Numbered from the stretch's first letter, positions 38,328-48,138 are shown. The stretch: 64,000 nucleotides of DNA from an uncultured Candidatus Saccharibacteria bacterium (GCA_964430945.1 CAYSHH010000002.1:2037-66036); one strand, 5' to 3'. The notes: generated from the letters alone by a model not told the origin. Program-made: numbers and translations.

Positions 38328-39512
38328 ATGAAAAATCAGGACATAGAGAAATTATTGAGTAGCGGTGTAGAAGAGATTGTTGTGAAAAAAGATCTTGTCA
38401 AGAAACTTCAGAGTGGTAACAAATTGAGGATTAAGCATGGTGTGGATCCTACTTCTCCTGATCTTCATATTGGGTATGCGGTAGTATATCACAAGCTTCG
38501 TGAATTTCAAGATGCAGGGCATAAGATAGTGTTTTTGATTGGCGATTTCACAGCTCGCTTTGGTGATCCTACGGATAAGGAAAAATCAAGAACTCTAAGG
38601 GATGCAAAAATTGTTCGCAATTTGTCTAAAAAATATCTTGAACAAGTTGGTAAAATTCTTGATCTTAAAAAAACAGAAATAAGATATAATTCTGAATGGT
38701 ATGATAAGATGAGTGCAGAAGAGTTGATAAAACTTATCTCTAGTTTTACGATTGCGAGACTTCTTGAAAGAGACATGTTTGCAAAGAGGATGAAAGAAAA
38801 TAAGGAGATTCAGGCACACGAGATTATCTATCCAATTTTACAAGGTTGGGATTCAGTAATGTTGAAATCAGATCTTACAGTTATTGGCACTGATCAGAAA
38901 TTTAATGAACTACAAGGAAGAAGATTGCAGGAAGAAGTTGGGCAAAAACCACAAGACATTTTGTCAGTACCGATTTTAGTTGGAATAGATGGTAAGATTA
39001 AAATGAGTCAAAGTATCGGCAATTATATATCGTTAAATGATTCGCCAAACGAAATGTTTGGAAAAGTAATGTCGATACCAGATGATGTAATTTTGCATTA
39101 TGCTGAGCTTGCTTCTAGGATGGATAAAGATGAAATCGATAAAATTAAGAAAATGGTGAAGTCTGATCCCAGAGATGCAAAAGCTCGAGTAGCAAAAGCC
39201 TTAGTAGAATTGTACTACAATGGCAAAGGTGCTGAAGCGGAAGCAGAATTCAATAGGATATTTAAAGATAAAGAAAATCCATTTGATATGCCTGAAATTG
39301 AACTTAAGATTAAAACAGTTGTTAAGCTTGTAGATATATTGCATGAGCTTAAACTTGTAAATTCTAGGTCAGAAGCAAGAAGGCTTATTGAACAAGGTGG
39401 AATAAAGATTGATAAAGTAAAAATTTCTAGTATTGATGAAAAATTAAAATTTCATGATGGAATGGTCATACAATTAGGTAGACATAAATTTGTAAAAATT
39501 AAAATGAAATAG
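38328..39512 (+). CDS. tyrS: Tyrosine--tRNA ligase
   Basis: GVDPTSPDLHIGY...FQDAGHK, KMSQS and a C-terminal S4 domain. Confidence 0.85.
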   Translation: MKNQDIEKLLSSGVEEIVVKKDLVKKLQSGNKLRIKHGVDPTSPDLHIGYAVVYHKLREFQDAGHKIVFLIGDFTARFGDPTDKEKSRTLRDAKIVRNLSKKYLEQVGKILDLKKTEIRYNSEWYDKMSAEELIKLISSFTIARLLERDMFAKRMKENKEIQAHEIIYPILQGWDSVMLKSDLTVIGTDQKFNELQGRRLQEEVGQKPQDILSVPILVGIDGKIKMSQSIGNYISLNDSPNEMFGKVMSIPDDVILHYAELASRMDKDEIDKIKKMVKSDPRDAKARVAKALVELYYNGKGAEAEAEFNRIFKDKENPFDMPEIELKIKTVVKLVDILHELKLVNSRSEARRLIEQGGIKIDKVKISSIDEKLKFHDGMVIQLGRHKFVKIKMK

Positions 39513-39519
39513 TAGGAGG

Positions 39520-39741
39520 GTGATGAATAAACAGCAAAATCTCATTATTGTATTGGTGATGGTGATACTTCTTATGGGATTTGTATATATCGCATATCTT
39601 ATTGATAGTAATAGGATTACGACATTTGCGGACGAAGATAGTAATGTCTCGGCAGAAGAATTACAACGTCTTCCTTCTCCAGACGAATCAATAATATCGA
39701 AAATATATACTGCGATTATTAGCCCTTTTAGTAAAAAATAA
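39520..39741 (+). CDS. Small membrane protein (about 73 aa)
   Basis: The SD aggaggg upstream and a single TM. Confidence 0.35.
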   Translation: MMNKQQNLIIVLVMVILLMGFVYIAYLIDSNRITTFADEDSNVSAEELQRLPSPDESIISKIYTAIISPFSKK

Positions 39742-39744
39742 ATA

Positions 39745-41472
39745 ATGTATAAAAAAGAAATTAGAAATATTTTAATTGAAGCTATAAAAAAAGCTGGTTA
39801 TAAAAAACCAACAGGTTTTGATTTGCAAACTCCAAAAAATGAAAAGTGGGGGGATTATACAACTAATACTGCTTTTATAGTTAAAAAGGAAGATGAAAAT
39901 CCTAAACAAGTCGCTCAAAAAATTTTAAAAAATATTAAAAAAAATGACTGGCTAAATGTGAGTATTGATAATTCTGGATATATTAATTTTATAATTCATG
40001 ATGAAAAACTTATTGATAATTTATCCCTGATTGTAAAAGAAGGGGACAAATACGGTTCGAGCGATGTAGGCAAGGGTGAAACTGTAGTTATTGATTATTC
40101 ATCTCCAAATATCGCTAAACCTTTTTCGGTAGGGCATTTTCGAGCGACAATCATAGGTCAAACTATCTACAATATTTATAAATTTTTAGGTTATAAAGTC
40201 ATTGGTGATAATCATATTGGTGATTGGGGGACACAATTTGGAAAAATGATTGTTGCATATAAAGAATGGGGAGATAGATCCAAAATTGAGAAAGATCCTA
40301 TTCGTGAACTGTACAATTTGTATGTAAAATTTCATCAAGTTTCCAAAGAAAGTTTAGGGTTGAATGATGAGGCAAAGAAATGGTTTAAAAAATTAGAGGA
40401 TGGTGATCAAGAAGCACGTGATATTTGGAAGTGGATGGTTGAGCTTAGTATGGATGAATTTACTGATATTTATGATATTTTAGGAGTTAAATTTGATGAA
40501 ATTCTTGGTGAAAGTTTTTATGAAGACAAAATGGATATTATAATTGAAAAATGCGAAAAGAAAAAATTGGCATTATGGGGTGCAGCATTAGATAAAGATG
40601 GAAAACCTCAAAGAGATGAAAAAGTATTATTAGTTGATCTTACAAAAGAAGGAATTGATGTCCCAGTACTTCTCAAGAAATCTGACGGAGCAACGCTGTA
40701 TGCAACTCGCGATTTGGCAACTGCAGAGTATCGTATTAAAAAATGGAATCCTGCAAAAATATTATATGCAGTAGGTAACGAACAAAAATTATATTTTAAG
40801 CAGATTTTTAAAGTATTGAAAATGATGGGACAAGACGAGAATAAATTTAAACATATAAATTTTGGATTTATAAGATTAGCTGACGGTCGTATGTCAACTC
40901 GTGCAGGGAGGACAATCTTTATAAAAGATGTAATCAGTGAATCAACAAAGCGTGCTAAAAAATTTATGCAAGACGATGATATTTCCGAATACGATAAAGA
41001 GAAAATTGCAAAAATTGTAGGTATTGGAGCATTAAAATATGCGGATTTATCACAAAATAGAACTCAAGATATGGTATTTAATTATGATAAAATGCTTGCG
41101 CTAAAGGGTAATAGTGGACCGTATTTGCAATATACTTATGCGCGTGCAAAAAGTATACTTAGAAAAGTCGGAAAAGAAAATATTGAAGTCGATGATAATC
41201 TAGAAGTAGATGAAGTAGAAAGAATTATTTTAAGAAAATTATCCAAATTTAATGAAGTAGTTGAAAATGCTGCTCAAAATTATATGCCAAACTATATTGC
41301 TAATTATCTGTTTGAGTTGGCCAATGATTTTAATGGTTTTTACCAGACACTACCTATATTAAAAGCCGAGGAAAATAAAAAACAATTGCGCTTGGCAATT
41401 GTTGCATCGACCGCTCAAGTATTAAAAAACGGACTTAATCTATTGGGAATAGAGACGTTGGAGAAGATGTAG
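39745..41472 (+). CDS. argS: Arginine--tRNA ligase
   Basis: SSPNIAKPFSVGHFR (HIGH region) and a DALR anticodon-binding C-terminus. Confidence 0.85.
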   Translation: MYKKEIRNILIEAIKKAGYKKPTGFDLQTPKNEKWGDYTTNTAFIVKKEDENPKQVAQKILKNIKKNDWLNVSIDNSGYINFIIHDEKLIDNLSLIVKEGDKYGSSDVGKGETVVIDYSSPNIAKPFSVGHFRATIIGQTIYNIYKFLGYKVIGDNHIGDWGTQFGKMIVAYKEWGDRSKIEKDPIRELYNLYVKFHQVSKESLGLNDEAKKWFKKLEDGDQEARDIWKWMVELSMDEFTDIYDILGVKFDEILGESFYEDKMDIIIEKCEKKKLALWGAALDKDGKPQRDEKVLLVDLTKEGIDVPVLLKKSDGATLYATRDLATAEYRIKKWNPAKILYAVGNEQKLYFKQIFKVLKMMGQDENKFKHINFGFIRLADGRMSTRAGRTIFIKDVISESTKRAKKFMQDDDISEYDKEKIAKIVGIGALKYADLSQNRTQDMVFNYDKMLALKGNSGPYLQYTYARAKSILRKVGKENIEVDDNLEVDEVERIILRKLSKFNEVVENAAQNYMPNYIANYLFELANDFNGFYQTLPILKAEENKKQLRLAIVASTAQVLKNGLNLLGIETLEKM

Positions 41473-41595
41473 GACTATCTAATTTGGTGTTAATGGTTTT
41501 TATTTTCTTGCTTGCGTAAGAGTATTTTTTTAGTGTACTGATGTGTCGCTGGGTTCGTCATAAAGTATAGTGGCTGTTTTGTTTTTTATAGTCAA

Positions 41596-43815
41596 TTAGT
41601 AATTATATTTATAAATTTTATTGTTATTTAAAATATATAATTCGCTTTTTTCGGGAATTATAGCAAAATCTTTGATGTCAGTTATATCATCTGAAAAAGC
41701 AAATTGTGTTACGTAATTACCATTTTTATCCAATTCAACAATTCTATTGGTGTCCAAGACATATAATGAATTAAGACCTTCTTTGGTATATATTTTTTTG
41801 GGTTGTGACATCGAGGCATGGGGCTCTGGAATCATAGTTGGTGAAATATTTTCCGATTTTCCAAGCATAATTTTTTCTATCGTTCCATTGGATTCTAATA
41901 CATAGATGTATCCATCTATAGCGAAATCAACACTTTGTTTTATGTCGACAACACTAGTATCTACATAATCTTGTGCATCAGAAAAATTTTCTCCTTCTAA
42001 TGTATATTTATAGATTTGGCCAGCGTCCGAATCTAGAAAATAAATATTATTTAAATAATTTTCTAAGGCTATCGCGTTATTCCATTTGCTATCATTATTT
42101 GTTTTTTTGTTGAGCTCATTATTGTTTAATAAGTATAGCTCTTGTTTATCGGTCAGTATATAAGTGTCTTCGTCCTCGCTAGAAACAGTTTGTGCAATAC
42201 CGTCGGTTGTTGGTAATGTCGCGATATTATCAAGTTGAGAATTAGTATCGTCAATTGCACGCAATGATATCTGGTCGGTGTTGGCGTCTATGGCAACTAT
42301 ATTGTTTGTGGTAAGAGTAAATAATCCAATATTATTTTTTTCGATTGTTTCTGTTGGAGATGATAGTCTCTTCGTATTTGAAATTTCGTCAAGTTTTTCA
42401 TTTAATTTATCTTTTAATGATTGAACTTGTTCTTCCAAAGAAGAATCGTATTGGAGGGAATTAAGTTCAGAGGATATTTCTGATAAAATTTCTATAGCTT
42501 TGTCCTTATCGTCAGTCATTAGGGCCAAGGAAGCGTCGTCAAATTTATTTCCTAATGTTTTGATAGTTTCTTGGGTTTGTATAATATTTTCTTTATTGCT
42601 ATTAATTTTCTTTAGATAACCGATGTTGGTTATAAATATGACCAATAACACAATAGCAATTATGATAAATGTCTTTGATCTGTTTTTGGGTTTTAAAGAA
42701 TTTTTCAGAAAGACGATTAATTTTCTAGTAATTTTTGATATAAAATCGGATGTTTTTTTAAGATACAGAACAATTTTTTTAGATGAAGCGTCGTAATAGT
42801 TTATATTTGGGGATAATTTATTGTCGCTTGTTTTTTTAATAATCGGAGTTTGTGCGTGACTGTTTTCTGTAGATGATTTTTTGTGTGAATGACCAGTAGT
42901 TTTTGTAATTATTTCTTTGCTTTTGGGTAATATTTTTTCGTTATAATATTGTTTGGATGTTTTTATACTTTTATTGAACCAAGAAGAGAAGTCTTTAGTT
43001 GAGTCTTTGAGATTGCCGAATGATTTTTTAAGTGACTCGGTGAAAACACTAAATTGTTCTTGATCGAGATAAATCGCTTCAGGGGTTTGAGTCTCTTCTT
43101 GATTGACAACACCCATTTCGATAAGTATACAATTGGCTTGTCTAGTATTCCTAGATTTTAAAATGTTTGCGATTTGTGAGCCAATATCTACAAGGCTTTT
43201 TTCGGAAAGGATTTGTTCTAATTTCTTCGCGTCGATGTGATCAAATAAAAGATTGGTGCTAAAAAATATCTTATCTTTAAGTCGAAGATCTCCACTTACA
43301 ACTGATGAAAATGTTTTAAGTGGATGATTATAAGTATATGTTTCTTTGGGATTTATAATTGGTAATATTTTTTGTGATCTCCATAAATAGGCTTTAGTTT
43401 TTCCAGTATAGGCAAGATGAATCTTGTTTTTGGCGATGAGAATAAGTGATGCATTAATTTTCCCAATCCAGTCTGTTTCGCCGCGTTGCGTAATTTCTAC
43501 TAATTTCTCATTTACTTTTTTTAGGGCATTTTCAAAATTAATAAGTTCATTTGAATTTGATTGTCTGTAGTACTCTCTGGTTAGGGTGTTGATAATGGTT
43601 TGCCCAATTTGTGCATTGGGGTGCCATGGGTTTAGTATTTCAATAAGGGCGAAAATAGTGCCCATATCTTGTTTCTTGGGATTTTCTTGTGTTTTTGCTT
43701 GACTTGTTATAAATCTATCAACTAATTTTTTATAATTAGTTATTCTTGTATATTGTGGTTTTAGATCCATCGAACAAATTTTATTGATATTATTTGGCCC
43801 TACATTTAATTTCAC
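41596..43815 (-). CDS. Membrane protein: cytoplasmic degenerate PP2C-like domain, TM, extracytoplasmic beta-propeller-like repeats
   Basis: IHLAYTGKTKAYLWR aligns to the PP2C vanvGDSRayl segment with GDS replaced by GKT. The TM is FIIIAIVLLVIFITNIGYL. Five hydrophobic-Y-x-L-D/N repeats sit in the C-terminal half. Confidence 0.5.
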   Translation of the reverse strand: MKLNVGPNNINKICSMDLKPQYTRITNYKKLVDRFITSQAKTQENPKKQDMGTIFALIEILNPWHPNAQIGQTIINTLTREYYRQSNSNELINFENALKKVNEKLVEITQRGETDWIGKINASLILIAKNKIHLAYTGKTKAYLWRSQKILPIINPKETYTYNHPLKTFSSVVSGDLRLKDKIFFSTNLLFDHIDAKKLEQILSEKSLVDIGSQIANILKSRNTRQANCILIEMGVVNQEETQTPEAIYLDQEQFSVFTESLKKSFGNLKDSTKDFSSWFNKSIKTSKQYYNEKILPKSKEIITKTTGHSHKKSSTENSHAQTPIIKKTSDNKLSPNINYYDASSKKIVLYLKKTSDFISKITRKLIVFLKNSLKPKNRSKTFIIIAIVLLVIFITNIGYLKKINSNKENIIQTQETIKTLGNKFDDASLALMTDDKDKAIEILSEISSELNSLQYDSSLEEQVQSLKDKLNEKLDEISNTKRLSSPTETIEKNNIGLFTLTTNNIVAIDANTDQISLRAIDDTNSQLDNIATLPTTDGIAQTVSSEDEDTYILTDKQELYLLNNNELNKKTNNDSKWNNAIALENYLNNIYFLDSDAGQIYKYTLEGENFSDAQDYVDTSVVDIKQSVDFAIDGYIYVLESNGTIEKIMLGKSENISPTMIPEPHASMSQPKKIYTKEGLNSLYVLDTNRIVELDKNGNYVTQFAFSDDITDIKDFAIIPEKSELYILNNNKIYKYNY

Positions 43816-44027
43816 AATTAGTAGGAAAAGTTATAGGTGGGTGTTCTCATGCCTAGTCCAAGGACCGACATATATGAACAAATTTTATAAAATTGATTTA
43901 TAAAATTTATCAGCTACCAATTAAGATAAAACCGACTCCCAATATTAAATATTTGCCCTAATTGGAAATTATAAATATAGAGCCACTTCTAATTATAGCA
44001 AAATTTTTACTTATCAAAAAATGAGTA

Positions 44028-44633
44028 TTATCTGATGAGAAAATTTATAAAAAATTGCGTTGAGTTGGTTATAACATTAGACATAAAAGGGGAAGTGTAT
44101 AAAAATATTAAAAATGCAATAAATAGGGGTGTGGATAGTGAAAGAAGTGTTTCGTAAGATTGTGGTGGGAGAATTATTTTAAGTATCTTTGATCCATCTA
44201 ATGGGGGAATAGGCAAAATATTAAATATCATTAGAATGATATTTATCTGGACCATTATTACAATAATCGAGATTATTGTAATCGAGAGGGGAATAAATTT
44301 TATGATCAATGATAATATTATGGCCAAAATAAAATTACTTACTGCACCTGCATAAGCAATTTTGACTTCATCCCATTTTGATGAAAGATTATTTAGATTT
44401 ACGGGAACTGGTTTTCCCCAGCCAAATCCAGTTAAAAGCAGCATAACAGTTCCAAACGTATCTAAATGATGAAGTGGATTTGCGGAAATTCTGCCAGCCA
44501 TTTTAGCCGTTGGATCACCCAATTTTAGAGCAACCCAAGCATGAGCTGATTCGTGTATTGTAATTGCTGAAAGAATTCCCAATATGAAACCAAAAAATAG
44601 TGTTGGATTTTGAATTACGTTGAATAGTATCAT
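44028..44633 (-). CDS. M50-family (site-2 protease-like) zinc metalloprotease
   Basis: HESAHAW (HExxH) within a TM, a second LDG motif, and a polytopic topology. Confidence 0.7.
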   Translation of the reverse strand: MILFNVIQNPTLFFGFILGILSAITIHESAHAWVALKLGDPTAKMAGRISANPLHHLDTFGTVMLLLTGFGWGKPVPVNLNNLSSKWDEVKIAYAGAVSNFILAIILSLIIKFIPLSITIISIIVIMVQINIILMIFNILPIPPLDGSKILKIILPPQSYETLLSLSTPLFIAFLIFLYTSPFMSNVITNSTQFFINFLIR

Positions 44634-44700
44634 GTTATTGAAAATTTATAATTTTCTGGTATAATTTTAGCACAAACAAATTATTTATTAGGAGTAGAAT

Positions 44701-44856
44701 ATGAAAAAATGTTCAGTATGTGGCAAACAAGAGCATCAAGGACGTAAGAGATCACATTCACAGAGACAAACAATTCGTACTGTATATGCAAATCTTCAAA
44801 AAGAAAACAATGAATTGATTTGTACTAAATGCAAGAAAACTCGAAATCGTAACTAG
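44701..44856 (+). CDS. rpmB: 50S ribosomal protein L28
   Basis: MKKCSVCGKQ...GRKRSHSQRQTIRTVYANLQK. The SD aggag and the extended -10 tggtataat (44657..44665) are upstream. It is below the cutoff of the ORF track. Confidence 0.7.
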   Translation: MKKCSVCGKQEHQGRKRSHSQRQTIRTVYANLQKENNELICTKCKKTRNRN

Positions 44857-45152
44857 TTTTTTGAGTATCTTTTTTCAAAGCACTCAGCACAATATACTGG
44901 CTTAGAACTTCTCGGAGTAAAAGGAACTTGAGAAGTTTTTTTGCAATCGGCGCATTGAATAGTATGTAGTCCTCCTTGTACTGGAGTAGTATTCTGTTCA
45001 CTGCCGTCAGATGTCCTTCTTTTTTTACGACATTTCTGACATCTTTTAGGAGGATCAAATCCTTTCTCTTCGTAAAACTTTTGTTCGCCAGCGCTGAAGG
45101 CAAATTCTTGTCCACAGTCTTGGCATGTTAATTTTTGATTTTTTTCACTCAT
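44853..45152 (-). CDS. Double zinc-ribbon protein (zf-trcl-like)
   Basis: CQDCGQEFAFSAGEQKFYEEKGFDPPKRCQKCR plus a second C..C...PVYCAEC half. Its 3' end overlaps the rpmB stop by 4 nt, and the two genes are convergent. Confidence 0.6.
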   Translation of the reverse strand: MSEKNQKLTCQDCGQEFAFSAGEQKFYEEKGFDPPKRCQKCRKKRRTSDGSEQNTTPVQGGLHTIQCADCKKTSQVPFTPRSSKPVYCAECFEKRYSKN

Positions 45153-45258
45153 AATGTTCTCGTTTATTTTTATTTTAGATTACCATATTTTTCTCCTAGA
45201 ATCAAACATAAAATAAATATTTATTGATATAATATTTTATATAATACATAATAAATTC

Positions 45259-45921
45259 ATGAATAAAGATCAAAAAATTAAATCTATTAGACCTGGCTCA
45301 TATATTGTTATATACAATAGTAAAAAAACGATTGATGATGTTGTAAGTAGCTTAGCCAAAAAATACAATATTGGCTCAGAGGGTATACTCGAACTAGAAA
45401 ATCAAAATTCTTCCATAAAGATTGGGCAGATTCGCAGTATTAAAAAGAAAATTATTTTTAAAACTGAAAAGATAAATAATATTTTAATTATCAAAGACGC
45501 ACAGTATTTGACACGTGAAGCGTCAAATTCTCTTCTGAAAATTATTGAAGAACCACCAAGAAAGTTGATAATATTGATTGTCGTTGATAATATTTCTAAG
45601 CTTTTACCTACTATCATTTCACGTTGTAAAAAAATTGTGTTATTGGATAAGCTTGAATTAACATCAGATAATAGGTATATTAATTTACTAAAGCAGGTTA
45701 TTGATTCAAAGGAAATTTATAAAAGATTTTCTGTGGCTGATAAGATTGTGAAGAGTAAGGCTGATATTTTGATGATTCTTAGGGATTGGATAATGTATTT
45801 GGAATCTAATCCATGTGAAGAAAATATTTCTCGTATTTTGCGCATTGATAAATATTTGAGAAAATACAACAAAAGTCTGAATAAGAAATTATTTTTAGAA
45901 AATATATTATTTAAATTATGA
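45259..45921 (+). CDS. holB: DNA polymerase III delta-prime-like clamp-loader subunit
   Basis: IIEEPP...SRC (sensor 1 and SRC motifs). No intact Walker A. Confidence 0.6.
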   Translation: MNKDQKIKSIRPGSYIVIYNSKKTIDDVVSSLAKKYNIGSEGILELENQNSSIKIGQIRSIKKKIIFKTEKINNILIIKDAQYLTREASNSLLKIIEEPPRKLIILIVVDNISKLLPTIISRCKKIVLLDKLELTSDNRYINLLKQVIDSKEIYKRFSVADKIVKSKADILMILRDWIMYLESNPCEENISRILRIDKYLRKYNKSLNKKLFLENILFKL

Positions 45922-46703
45922 AAATTGTTAGCGTCAAATTTTCTACAGATAGTAGAACAGTTGATTATGTTGATAGTGAAGATATATATGAGGTATCTGA
46001 TGTTTTGATAATTGATAGCTCTCAAATTAAAGAAACTGGTAAGGTCGTTGATAAGTATACTCTTAAAAAGGGTGAAAAATATAAGAATGAGACTGACAAA
46101 GGAAAAATAGTTGGAAAAGTTACTAAGAATGATGAGAAGAAAATAAAAGAAAATAAAAGAAAAGCATTAGACTATATATTGATTTGTAAGGAAAAAATTG
46201 CAGAACATGATTTGGCAATGGATGTTATGGATGCTGATTTATCATTTGATGAAAAAAAATTGACAATTTATTTTACAGCTAATAAAAGAGTAGATTTTAG
46301 ATCTTTAGTGTCGGATTATGTGAGGAGTTTTAAAAAATTAGTTAGACTCCAACAGGTTGGACTTAGAGAACAAATCAAAATGATGGATTGGATAGGGAAG
46401 TGCGGTCAAAAGATTTGTTGTGCACGATTTCTTGATTGTCCTAAACTTGTGACTACGGATTATGCAAGAAGACAAAATTTGGGGGAAACAAATAATAACA
46501 AAATTAATGGTGTATGTGGTAAGCTGATGTGTTGTCTCAAATATGAAGATGAGGTGTATACTGAAGCAAAGAAAGGAATGCCAAAGATTGGTGATAGAAT
46601 AAAGACTAAACAGGGTGTTGGTAAAGTGATAAAACAAAATGTTTTATATAAAAAAGTAATTGTTTTACTTGATAATAAAGAAAAAGTGGAGGTAAGCGTA
46701 TGA
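45918..46703 (+). CDS. PSP1 C-terminal domain protein (RicT/YaaT-like)
   Basis: The Cys-rich KCGQKICCARF...GVCGKLMCCLKYE. Its position after holB matches the Bacillus holB-yaaT order. Confidence 0.7.
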   Translation: MKIVSVKFSTDSRTVDYVDSEDIYEVSDVLIIDSSQIKETGKVVDKYTLKKGEKYKNETDKGKIVGKVTKNDEKKIKENKRKALDYILICKEKIAEHDLAMDVMDADLSFDEKKLTIYFTANKRVDFRSLVSDYVRSFKKLVRLQQVGLREQIKMMDWIGKCGQKICCARFLDCPKLVTTDYARRQNLGETNNNKINGVCGKLMCCLKYEDEVYTEAKKGMPKIGDRIKTKQGVGKVIKQNVLYKKVIVLLDNKEKVEVSV

Positions 46704-47296
46704 TTTATATTATTATTTTCATTCTATGTATTGCCGGAATACTGGTTATTTTTTTACGAAAAATGCCAAATTTGAAAAAATTTGATTTTTTTAAGATTAA
46801 GAATGAGGCGAAAAAAAATGTTGAGGAAAGTAGGAAAGTAGAAGAATCAAAAAACATTAAAAAAGCCAATTTTGGAAATAATTTTCAATTTTTACAAAAA
46901 AAAGACGAACAAGCAGATCTTTTTAGTGAGGCTGAAAAATTGTTTGGAGATAAAAAATATAGTCAAGCAGAAAAGATTTTAGTGCGTTTAATAGCTTCTG
47001 ATCCTCAGAATGTAAAATACTACAATAGATTAGGTGTAATATATATGGAAGAAAAGAATTTTTTAGATGCTAAAAATGCTTTTGGTGAAGCAGTAAGTCT
47101 TGATCCTAAAAAAGCTGCTCGGCATTATAATTTTGCTATGGCTTGTGCCGAATTGGGCGAACTAAGAAATGCTATAGAATCCTTGAAAGAAACAACTCGG
47201 CTTGATAAGAAAAATAAAAAATACGATAAGGCTTTAAAAGACCTTGAATATAAAGTTAGATACCGATATAAAGAAATGAAAAGAGTCGACGATTGA
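46700..47296 (+). CDS. TPR-repeat protein with an N-terminal TM
   Basis: TPR-like AExLxxKNFLDAKNAFGEAVSLDP repeats. Confidence 0.55.
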   Translation: MIYIIIFILCIAGILVIFLRKMPNLKKFDFFKIKNEAKKNVEESRKVEESKNIKKANFGNNFQFLQKKDEQADLFSEAEKLFGDKKYSQAEKILVRLIASDPQNVKYYNRLGVIYMEEKNFLDAKNAFGEAVSLDPKKAARHYNFAMACAELGELRNAIESLKETTRLDKKNKKYDKALKDLEYKVRYRYKEMKRVDD

Positions 47297-47357
47297 AAAA
47301 CTTTAATTTATATGGTTTAATATACTAAGTTGATATCTCAATATGTTTTTTTGTTAT

Positions 47358-47432
47358 GCCACCTTAGCTCAGTGGTAGAGCAACTGTTTTGTAAACAGTA
47401 GGTCGTCGGTTCAAATCCGACAGGTGGCTCCA
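47358..47432 (+). tRNA. tRNA-Thr (anticodon TGT)
   Basis: Cloverleaf: the acceptor stem gccacct/aggtggc, the anticodon loop tttgtaa, the T-loop ttcaaat and an encoded CCA. Confidence 0.85.
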
Positions 47433-47463
47433 TACGGAAGAATGATTGATGAGATTAATATTT

Positions 47464-47550
47464 GGGCAGATGGCGGAGTGGTCAAACGCACCTGACTGTA
47501 AATCAGGTGGCCTTGTGCCTACGGAGGTTCGAACCCTTCTCTGCCCACCA
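47464..47550 (+). tRNA. tRNA-Tyr (anticodon GTA), long variable arm
   Basis: The acceptor stem gggcaga/tctgccc, the anticodon loop ctgtaaa, the T-loop ttcgaac and an encoded CCA. Confidence 0.85.
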
Positions 47551-47575
47551 TATTAATGTTGACTGAGTTATATAT

Positions 47576-47650
47576 GCCGAGATAGCTCAGTGGTAGAGCG
47601 CATCCATGGTAAGGATGAGGTCGTGGGTCCAATTCCCATTCTCGGCTCCA
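47576..47650 (+). tRNA. tRNA-Thr (anticodon GGT)
   Basis: The acceptor stem gccgaga/tctcggc, the anticodon loop atggtaa, an encoded CCA, and an atypical T-loop tccaatt. Confidence 0.75.
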
Positions 47651-47672
47651 GTAAATTAGCGAAAGGATATAT

Positions 47673-47858
47673 ATGGCTAAAAAAGGTAAAAGACCAGAGG
47701 TAATGCTTGTGTGTACAGTATGTAAATCAAGAAATTTTTATACATCTAGAAATGTTATAAATACTCCAGATAAGTTGGAGTTTGAGAAGTACTGTCCTCG
47801 TTGTCGCAAACATACGATTCACAAAGAAGCAAAGTTACCACCACATAAAAAAGCATAA
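47673..47858 (+). CDS. rpmG: 50S ribosomal protein L33
   Basis: MAKKGKRPEVMLVCTVCKSRNFYTSRNV...CPRCRKHTIHKE. Confidence 0.8.
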   Translation: MAKKGKRPEVMLVCTVCKSRNFYTSRNVINTPDKLEFEKYCPRCRKHTIHKEAKLPPHKKA

Positions 47859-48064
47859 ATTAATTTCAAATATGTATTTGACATCTTTGCCAATGATAAG
47901 TAGTGAAGATATCAGAAAGAGGGCATTGAATATTAAACCGGTAAATAGATGTTTCCAGTTAGCATTTGGTATTGTTGCGAAAAATGACAAGTTGTTTGCC
48001 CGAGAAAGCTTAAAAAGTTATTAATTCTGCATATCGTAGTTTGAAGTGGCTACTTATGATATGT

Positions 48065-48138
48065 GGGGCTGTAGTTCAATGGTAGAATTCCGGTCTCCAA
48101 AACCGGTGATCACCGTTCGAGTCGGTGCGGCCCTGCCA
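48065..48138 (+). tRNA. tRNA-Trp (anticodon CCA)
   Basis: ccggtctccaaaaccgg anticodon arm, T-loop ttcgagt and an encoded CCA. The acceptor stem has two G-U pairs, so the 5' boundary is uncertain by 1 nt. Confidence 0.7.

Noticed and set aside
44825-45115. 96-aa minus-strand ORF overlapping the zinc-ribbon gene in another frame
   Set aside because: The 44853..45152 frame carries the paired CxxC zinc-ribbon motifs. This frame is an artefact.
47782-48024. 80-aa + strand ORF spanning the rpmG 3' end and the spacer before tRNA-Trp
   Set aside because: It overlaps rpmG out of frame, has no SD and gives a non-protein-like translation. The spacer is flagged as a possible small-RNA region instead.
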